This document shows, in pieces, positions 26,196 to 32,763 of a DNA stretch of 32,763 nucleotides (position 1 is the first letter of the stretch; every line of letters starts with the position of its first letter). The DNA is from Limisphaerales bacterium (GTDB lineage Bacteria; Verrucomicrobiota; Verrucomicrobiia; Limisphaerales; SIBE01). The notes below the pieces were generated by a model, which saw only the letters and a program-made list of their open reading frames with translations, searched no databases and had not been told where the DNA came from. The stretch covers positions 1 to 32,763 of the forward strand of contig JBGAIN010000090.1 of assembly GCA_044225505.1 (NCBI GenBank), written 5' to 3'. Made by a program: the position numbers and the translations under genes.

Positions 26196-28520
26196 GTCAA
26201 TTGTTGAACGCCTTGCAAGTCGATCAGGTCCTTGCCGATGCCAAGAGCGGCGGGACGGTTTATTTGCTGGGCGCGGGTGGTTGCGGGATGAGTGGCCTGG
26301 GGCACCTTCTACTCGACCTTGGGTTTCAAGTTCACGGGTCGGATTTGTTGGTAAACGACGAGACTCGCCAGTTGCAGGCGCGTGGAGCTCGGATCTATCG
26401 TGGACACGCTGCTGGCCAGATACCAGCTGGGACCCTCCTGGTGGCATTCACTTCTGCAGCCCGGTTGGACCACGTCGAGTTGACCGATGCGCATGCTCGT
26501 GGGATTCCAATGGTTCGGCGTGCCACTTTGCTCGCCACTTTGCTCCATCGGCAGCGCGGTATTTGCGTGGCTGGAATGCATGGGAAAACGACCACTTCTG
26601 CTCTCCTGGCCTTTGCGCTGCAGCGATTGGGTGCGAGTCCGAGTTATGCCGTTGGCGCGCAGGTGCCGCACGATTGTTCTGAACGTCGACGCCGAACATC
26701 TCGACCATTTCATTAATATGGAGGCGATCTTGAGTGAGTTTCGACGATTCGCCACGCAAGCGCGCGGACAGTTGGTCTTCTGCGCTGACGATGCGCGTTT
26801 GGTGGACCTCCTCGGGCGCAATCCCCGCACGAGCTCGTTTGGCCGTCATCCTCTAGCTACCTTCCGCTTCGAACCAGAGAAAGTCAGCGGGCGGCTAACT
26901 GGCGACAAGCCAGGTTTGGTCGCGGCTTCCTCTCGCTTCCAAGTGTGGCACGCGGGCGAACTGCTTGGGGCGTTCGAGATTGGATTGTTAGGCGAACAGA
27001 ACATGTCGAATGCGACCTCGGTCATCGCTCTTCTCCATCGTCTGGGTTGGGAGACCGAGAAGATCGCAGAAGCGATCGCTCCATTCCGAGGAGCGGCAAG
27101 GCGTCAGCAACGGCTTTACGGAGACGAAGTCTGCCAAGTTTATGAGGACTACGGTCATCATCCGAACGAAATTCGAGTTACGCTGCGAGCCCTCAAGACG
27201 CTCCGACCTAATCGGCTTTTGGTCGCATTTCAGCCGCATCGTTTCACTCGTACGCAGCACTTGTGGCAGGAGTTTGCGACTTGCTTCGGCGAGGCTGATC
27301 GGGTGTGGCTGACCGATCTTTACGCGGCTAGCGAGCCTGCCATTCCAGGCGTGGACAGCGGGTTTCTGGCGAATGCGATTAGGGCGCAGGGCCAAGCGGT
27401 GGAGGAGGTAGTTCCGCTCGGCAGTTTAGCGTCGGTGGTACGGGCGGCTATCCGCCCTGGTGATTTGGTATTGTTCCTTGGAGCCGGAGATATTGGCCAG
27501 GCAGCCCACCAATTGGTCGCCGAGTTGGGTGCTCAAAGCACCGACGAGCGAATCGAGCCAGTGATAGACGTTGCGCCTCAATCTTTGTGCCACCCTGAGT
27601 CAAACTTAATGAAAACCGAGCTGTTGAGGGACCTCATCGCGCGATTGGCGCCGGGATCCGTCGCACGTGTGGACGAGCCATTAGCAAAACGGACGACGCT
27701 GCGAGTCGGCGGAGTCGCTGATCTGTATGTGGAGCCGGAGAGTGAACAGGACCTCGCGGAGACGTTACGATTCTGTCGCGAACGAATTTTGCCAGTCATG
27801 GTTCTTGGGCGCGGGTCGAATCTGCTCGTTCGCGATGGAGGCATTCGTGGGGCCGTGGTTTGCCTCGCTCACCCGGTTTTTAGTCTGATCCAGGTTACTG
27901 GAGAGCAGATGCAAGCAGGAGCGGGAGCTCGTCTGAAAGCGGTCGCGGTTGAGGCTCGGCGGCATGGACTGAGCGGTTTGGAATTCTTGGAGGGGATTCC
28001 AGGGAGTTTGGGGGGAGCCATGCGAATGAATGCGGGAGCCATGGGGTCATGGCTGTTCGATGTGGTGGAATCCATTCGTTTCATGGACTCCAGTGGTGAT
28101 GTCAAGGAGCGACGCGCCAGCGAAGTCAATGTTGAATACCGTGGCTGTCCGTTGTTCAGGGATCACATCGCATTGGGCGCTGTGCTGCACGGACGCACCG
28201 CGGATAAGGAAGCCATACGGGCGAAAATGGAATCATATAGCCGAAAACGGTGGGAATCCCAACCGAGTCAGCCAAGCGCGGGCTGTATCTTCAAGAACCC
28301 AAGTGCCATTCCCGCGGGGCGCTTAATTGACGAACTCGGGCTGAAAGGGACGCGCGTGGGGGGAGCCAGTGTCTCGGATGTGCATGCGAATTTTATTGTG
28401 AATGATGGGACGGCCACCGCGAGCGATGTGCTGGCCTTGATCGAAGTCATAAAACAACGTGCTAAATCTGCGCGCGGCATTGAATTGGAAACCGAAGTCC
28501 AAATACTAGGAGAAGGATGA
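26192..28520 (+). CDS. murC: MurC-MurB fusion; MurC moiety has an apparent frameshifting internal deletion near 26671
   Basis: ATG overlaps the murG stop. First frame: 'LGAGGCGMSGLG', 'GSD', 'GMHGKTTTS'. Second frame: 'IVLNVDAEHLDHF', 'EDYGHHPNEI', 'FQPHRFTRT', 'LGAGDI', continuing without a stop into MurB. The conserved EADESD segment is absent. Confidence 0.88.
27609..28520 (+). CDS. murB: UDP-N-acetylenolpyruvoylglucosamine reductase domain (C-terminal part of the fusion; in-frame ATG at 27609)
   Basis: 'TTLRVGG', 'LGRGSNLLVRDGG', 'GLEFLEGIPGSLGGAMRMNAGA', 'SAGCIFKNP', 'HANFIVN', 'LETEV'. Confidence 0.92.
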   Translation: MKTELLRDLIARLAPGSVARVDEPLAKRTTLRVGGVADLYVEPESEQDLAETLRFCRERILPVMVLGRGSNLLVRDGGIRGAVVCLAHPVFSLIQVTGEQMQAGAGARLKAVAVEARRHGLSGLEFLEGIPGSLGGAMRMNAGAMGSWLFDVVESIRFMDSSGDVKERRASEVNVEYRGCPLFRDHIALGAVLHGRTADKEAIRAKMESYSRKRWESQPSQPSAGCIFKNPSAIPAGRLIDELGLKGTRVGGASVSDVHANFIVNDGTATASDVLALIEVIKQRAKSARGIELETEVQILGEG

Positions 28521-29503
28521 ACGCTGTCCCTCATCTCAATGTAACGGTTTTGCTTGGTGGGCCTTCTGCCGAACGCGAAGTTTCTTTAAAGACCGGCTTG
28601 GCTGTCGCCAAGGCGCTTCGGTCGCTGGGACATGTCGTCCACGAGGTCGATCCACGCGATGGCACCTTCTCGCTTCCGGTTGGCACGGATGTGGTGTTTC
28701 TGGCTCTGCACGGAACGTATGGTGAGGATGGGACCGTTCAAAACCAACTGGAAGCCACCGGGGTGCCCTATACGGGCTGCGATCCGGATTCAAGCCAAGT
28801 GGCGTTCGACAAGGTTCTGACCAAGGAGTGCTGCTTAGCGGCGGGGATCCCAACAGCGCGATATCTGGTGTTTGAATCCAAGAACGAGCGCTGGCCCGAA
28901 GGGTGGGAGCCTCCCGTGGTCCTAAAGCCGGTTCGGCAAGGCTCGAGTGTGGGCCTCCATTTTGTCGATCGAAAGGACCAGTTCACCGCCGCGTTGTCGG
29001 AGGCGCTTCAGTTCGATTCGGACGTGCTGATGGAAGAACGCATCCGTGGGCGGGAGACGACGGTGGCCATTCTAGACGACAAGGCCTTACCCATCGTCGA
29101 AATAAGGCCCAAACACGGCGCTTACGACTACACGAACAAATACACAGCGGGACGGACCGATTACTTGTGCCCGGCCCCATTTCCGCCGGAACTGACCGAA
29201 CGGATTCAAGCCGCTGGTTTGGGAGCTTTCCGCGCGGTGGGAGGGCGAGATTATGGCCGGATCGACATCATGGTTCACGAGACAGGGGTTCCGTTTGTGT
29301 TGGAGGTAAACACCTTGCCGGGAATGACCGAAACCAGTTTGTTGCCAAAGGCGGCGGCGGCGGCGGGGCTGTCTTATGCTGCCTTGTGCCAGGCCATGAT
29401 TGATCTGGCGTTGCGTCGAGCTCGAGTTGATGCACGTCCGAGGTCAGTTCTAGAGCAGCCGAAGTCAACAGCGCTCAACGAGCCAATCACTCTCTTCCGG
29501 TAG
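28517..29503 (+). CDS. ddl: D-alanine-D-alanine ligase
   Basis: 'GGPSAEREVSL', 'ALHGTYGEDG', 'KPVRQGSSVG', omega loop 'YDYTNKY' (Tyr type, D-Ala-D-Ala), 'LEVNTLPGMT'. Confidence 0.96.
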   Translation: MNAVPHLNVTVLLGGPSAEREVSLKTGLAVAKALRSLGHVVHEVDPRDGTFSLPVGTDVVFLALHGTYGEDGTVQNQLEATGVPYTGCDPDSSQVAFDKVLTKECCLAAGIPTARYLVFESKNERWPEGWEPPVVLKPVRQGSSVGLHFVDRKDQFTAALSEALQFDSDVLMEERIRGRETTVAILDDKALPIVEIRPKHGAYDYTNKYTAGRTDYLCPAPFPPELTERIQAAGLGAFRAVGGRDYGRIDIMVHETGVPFVLEVNTLPGMTETSLLPKAAAAAGLSYAALCQAMIDLALRRARVDARPRSVLEQPKSTALNEPITLFR

Positions 29504-29536
29504 CAGGTCTAAAATATTGCTCCTCCCACGGAAATT

Positions 29537-30490
29537 ATGTGGTTTAAAAAGAAACGCCGCAACCGACGCTTTGAACGAGAACATATTCTTGACGTCAAGG
29601 TGGAGTCGCGGCAGTTGCGTGCGCTTCGATTGCGACTTGTGGCTCGGGTCTTCTCGCGATTGTTCGCGACCGCGACCGTTCTGTTCCTGCTCTGGCGGGG
29701 AGGCGATTGGATGCTGGACGAGTTTGTTTTTAGGAACCCGGCGTTTGCTGTTCAAGAGATCGAAGTCGAGACCGATGGGATTTTGCCGAAAGCACAGCTG
29801 CGAGCTTGGGCTGGAGTAAAGATTGGCGATAATCTTCTCGCGCTCGACATCGGCAGAATTCAGCGGGACTTGGAATACTTGCCATGGATCCAGAGCGCTG
29901 CGGTGGAGAGAGTGCGGCCGCATATGGTAAAGATCCGCGTGACTGAGCGCGAGCCGATCGCCCAAACGACTTTGTTTGAGCCGGGTGACGGCAAAGCGCG
30001 TGGTGTGGTGTTTTATTTCGATGCGACGGGACAAGTGATGCTACCGCTCGACGCGCACCGTCAAGAAGCGTCGGCGTGGGGATTTGATACCTTGCCGATG
30101 TTGACCGGCGTCGCCGGAGCGGATTTGCGTCCTGGACGTCGAGTGGAGTCTCCGCAGATTCAGGCTGCGCTTCGACTAATCAATGAGTTTGGTCGTTCGC
30201 CCATGCTTGGTGCGGTCGATCTAACAGCGGTGGACCTTTCGAATCCACAAACCTTGCAGGTTTCAACCGGGCAGGGATCTGTGATTACGTTCAGTGTCGA
30301 GAATGTGAGCCACCAGTTTAACCGGTGGCGCCTCGTTTATGATCACGCAAACCGCACGGGAAAGGCAATTGCGTCTTTGGATTTGTCCGTTTCGAACAAT
30401 GTTCCGGCACGTTGGCTGGAGGCTGCGGTGGTTCCTCCGCTCCGTCCCAAGTCTTTAAAACCCTCTCCGTACAGGAAAAAGCATGTTTAA
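29537..30490 (+). CDS. ftsQ: cell division protein FtsQ/DivIB
   Basis: Basic cytoplasmic N-terminus, single TM, POTRA-like 'FAVQEIEV...NLLALDI..IQRDLEYLPWIQSAAVERVRPHMVKIRVTEREPIA'. Located between ddl and ftsA. Confidence 0.88.
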   Translation: MWFKKKRRNRRFEREHILDVKVESRQLRALRLRLVARVFSRLFATATVLFLLWRGGDWMLDEFVFRNPAFAVQEIEVETDGILPKAQLRAWAGVKIGDNLLALDIGRIQRDLEYLPWIQSAAVERVRPHMVKIRVTEREPIAQTTLFEPGDGKARGVVFYFDATGQVMLPLDAHRQEASAWGFDTLPMLTGVAGADLRPGRRVESPQIQAALRLINEFGRSPMLGAVDLTAVDLSNPQTLQVSTGQGSVITFSVENVSHQFNRWRLVYDHANRTGKAIASLDLSVSNNVPARWLEAAVVPPLRPKSLKPSPYRKKHV

Positions 30491-31709
30491 CTCGTCGTCT
30501 ATCATCGTCGGATTGGACATTGGTACGTCCAAAGTCTGCGCGACGGTTGGTGAGTTGAGCGAAAGTGGCGCGCTCAACGTTATTGGGGTCGGCCAAGCCA
30601 AGTCTCGGGGCGTCCGCAAGGGGGAAATTATCGACGGCGCGATCACGGGCGAAGACGTCCGGAATGCTATCGTCGAGGCGGAACAGATGGCCGATGTGGA
30701 GATTCGTAGTGTTTACCTTGGAGTAACCGGCGGACACATCCGCGGCTTTAACAATCGAGGGTTTCACCCTGTGGTCTCGCACGATCGTGAGATAATGGAA
30801 GAGGACGTGCAGGACGTAATCAAGAATGCCAAAGCCATCAATCTCTCAGCGGAAAACCGTGTGGTGCACGTTATACGCCAACACTTCTTAGTAAATGGCC
30901 AAGAAGGCGTGCGTAATCCGGTCGGCATGGTGGGGAGCCGCGTGGAAGTCGACGTGCACGTGGTCCATGGCAACTTGAACCGGCTCCAGAATCCCATTCG
31001 CGCGGTGAAGGGGTTGCAAATTGAAGTTGAGGACATTGTTTTCAACGGATTGGCTTCCTCGCTCGCGGTATTAAACAACCAGCAGAAGGAACTCGGCGCC
31101 TTGGTCATTGATTTGGGCGGGGGCACGACAGAGTTCGTCGTATACGCTAATGGCACGATCAAGCATACGGGGGTCCTGGCCGTGGGCGGAGACCATCTCT
31201 CGAATGATTTGGCCTACGGTCTCAAAATCGGTCTAGGCCGCGCCGAACAACTTAAAGTGGAGCATGGCGCGGCAGTGGTTGACCCGTCGGCAAAGGGAAA
31301 AACTGTGCCCTCGAACAGCGACCATGGCTTGCCAGAACGTGCCGTCAATTTGGAGCACTTGCATCGAATCATGTCCTTGCGCCTAGAGGAGATCTTTCAA
31401 TTGATCGCCCAGGAAATTCAGACATCTGCATTGCTGCATCGGATACGATCTGGGGTGTTTCTCTGTGGTGGCGGAGCGCATATTCCAGGCATTCAATCGC
31501 TGGCCGAAGAGGTCTTTGAACTCCCAGCTTGTATCGGGAAGACCAGCTGTGTTAGTGGTCTCCGGTCCGCTCTGGAACAACCGGAATTTGCCACCAGTCT
31601 GGGTTTAGTGAAGTTTGGCTCATTTGAGCACCAGAAGCGGTCTGCCGGGCGCGGTTCCTTCACTACTGGCATCAAGAATACGCTGAGCCAGCTGTTTCGC
31701 CGCGGTTGA
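30483..31709 (+). CDS. ftsA: cell division protein FtsA
   Basis: Actin-fold motifs 'GLDIGTSKV', 'IDLGGGTT', 'AEQLK', 'LCGGGA', 'PEFATSLGL', and an amphipathic C-terminal helix 'IKNTLSQLF'. Confidence 0.96.
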   Translation: MFNSSSIIVGLDIGTSKVCATVGELSESGALNVIGVGQAKSRGVRKGEIIDGAITGEDVRNAIVEAEQMADVEIRSVYLGVTGGHIRGFNNRGFHPVVSHDREIMEEDVQDVIKNAKAINLSAENRVVHVIRQHFLVNGQEGVRNPVGMVGSRVEVDVHVVHGNLNRLQNPIRAVKGLQIEVEDIVFNGLASSLAVLNNQQKELGALVIDLGGGTTEFVVYANGTIKHTGVLAVGGDHLSNDLAYGLKIGLGRAEQLKVEHGAAVVDPSAKGKTVPSNSDHGLPERAVNLEHLHRIMSLRLEEIFQLIAQEIQTSALLHRIRSGVFLCGGGAHIPGIQSLAEEVFELPACIGKTSCVSGLRSALEQPEFATSLGLVKFGSFEHQKRSAGRGSFTTGIKNTLSQLFRRG

Positions 31710-31749
31710 CCTGCGCCCATTCGGAACCGAGAGATTTGAGCTTTTGAGT

Positions 31750-32763
31750 ATGAACGCGAGCACAGATTCCAACGAAGCAGATAGTCCCCCCAGCCCAGCC
31801 GGTGCTCTGGCGCTGCCCGTCACGGCCAAGCCATTGGCCCTTCGAATCGTCGGGATTGGAGGCGCAGGGGGCAATGCCGTCGCGCATATGGCCAATTCGG
31901 ACCTGGCAGCGCTCCGTCCGGTGGCCCTCCATACTAGCGCCCGCATTCTAGAGATGACGTCGGCGCCAGAAAAGATTTTGCTCGGTGCCAGCCTGATGCA
32001 CGGGTTGGGCGCAGGAGGCGATCCGAGCGTGGCTCGCGAAGCGGCCGAGAAAGATTTGGCCGTCCTTCGAAATCTGTGTACGGACGTTGATTTGCTATTT
32101 ATTGTGGTAGGACTGGGAGGGGGAACGGGGACGGGAATCGCGCCCGTTTTGTCGCGTGTGGCGAAAGAGGCGGGTGTGCTGGTCGCAGGGGTGGCGACTT
32201 TGCCGTTTGAGATCGAAGGACCACGACGGCAGCGGCAAGCGCAGCAAGGCTTGCGAGAATTCAGAGCGGCTGCCGACACGGTCATCTGCCTTCCCAACCA
32301 GAAGATTTTCCGGATTGTTGATGAAAATACCAGTGTCCTAGACACCTTTAAGATTACCAACGAACTTCTGGCCCAAGGAATTCGGGGTATCTGGCAAATG
32401 CTTACCCGTCCTAGCTTGATTCATGTCGACTTTGCACATCTCGGGTCGCTGCTGCGCGATCGTCATGCCGAGAGTTCTTTCGCGACTGTTTCAGCACAAG
32501 GGGAAGGGCGGGCTCGTGACCTGATCGACCAGCTCTTGGCGTGCCCTTTACTGGACGGTGGGCAGACTCTTTCTGACGCCGACGCTGTTTTGGTGAACCT
32601 GGTTGGGGGGGCGGATCTGTCCATGGCTGATGTTAAACGTGTCATGGAAGAACTGAACCGTCGCACGGATAATGCGCAGCTGATGATGAGCGCCAGCGTT
32701 GTCGATGAGTTACAGGGCAAACTGGGTTTGACGGTCTTCATGGTGCGCCGGAGTTCATCCGAG
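31750..32763 (+). CDS. ftsZ: cell division protein FtsZ (divergent; runs off the window end)
   Basis: Not in the ORF track because there is no stop in the window. Manual translation from ATG 31750: 'IVGIGGAGGNAV', 'GLGAGGDP', tubulin signature 'GLGGGTGTG' (32110-32136), 'PFEIEGPRR', 'LPNQ'. Confidence 0.95.
   Translation, partial: MNASTDSNEADSPPSPAGALALPVTAKPLALRIVGIGGAGGNAVAHMANSDLAALRPVALHTSARILEMTSAPEKILLGASLMHGLGAGGDPSVAREAAEKDLAVLRNLCTDVDLLFIVVGLGGGTGTGIAPVLSRVAKEAGVLVAGVATLPFEIEGPRRQRQAQQGLREFRAAADTVICLPNQKIFRIVDENTSVLDTFKITNELLAQGIRGIWQMLTRPSLIHVDFAHLGSLLRDRHAESSFATVSAQGEGRARDLIDQLLACPLLDGGQTLSDADAVLVNLVGGADLSMADVKRVMEELNRRTDNAQLMMSASVVDELQGKLGLTVFMVRRSSSE

Noticed and set aside
28517..29503. 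Ddl as a VanA-like D-Ala-D-Lac ligase
   Set aside because: Omega loop YDYTNKY is the D-Ala-D-Ala type, the gene is in normal dcw context and no van genes are present.

Overview
GC-rich bacterial chromosome segment, most consistent with Verrucomicrobiota. This is inferred from a PSCyt/DUF1549/DUF1553 + DUF1501 gene pair, a complete dcw cluster with a LysM gene between murD and ftsW, a MurC-MurB fusion and a divergent FtsZ. The left 12.5 kb holds the tail of an upstream gene, a STAS anti-sigma antagonist, the DUF1501/PSD1-cytochrome pair, and a SAM-I riboswitch-headed minus-strand operon (threonine-synthase-like PLP enzyme, MoaD/ThiS sulfur carrier, stand-alone NIL protein). It continues with amidase-murI, an intergenic palindromic array of 11-bp units, a PduO-type adenosyltransferase, a small membrane protein and queA. 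The right 20 kb is the dcw cluster: mraZ, unknown ORF, rsmH, ftsL, ftsI, murE, murF, mraY, murD, lysM, ftsW, murG, murC-murB, ddl, ftsQ, ftsA, ftsZ (truncated by the window end). The most notable observations are: (1) the SAM-controlled ThrC-like/sulfur-carrier/NIL module, a candidate protein-thiocarboxylate route to homocysteine with a readable translational switch; (2) an FtsZ with substituted T7 catalytic residues; (3) an uncharacterised gene between mraZ and rsmH; (4) a 4+4 inverted array of 11-bp repeats; (5) reading-frame lesions in murE and murC, probably sequencing or assembly errors. No tRNA, rRNA, CRISPR array or transposase was seen.
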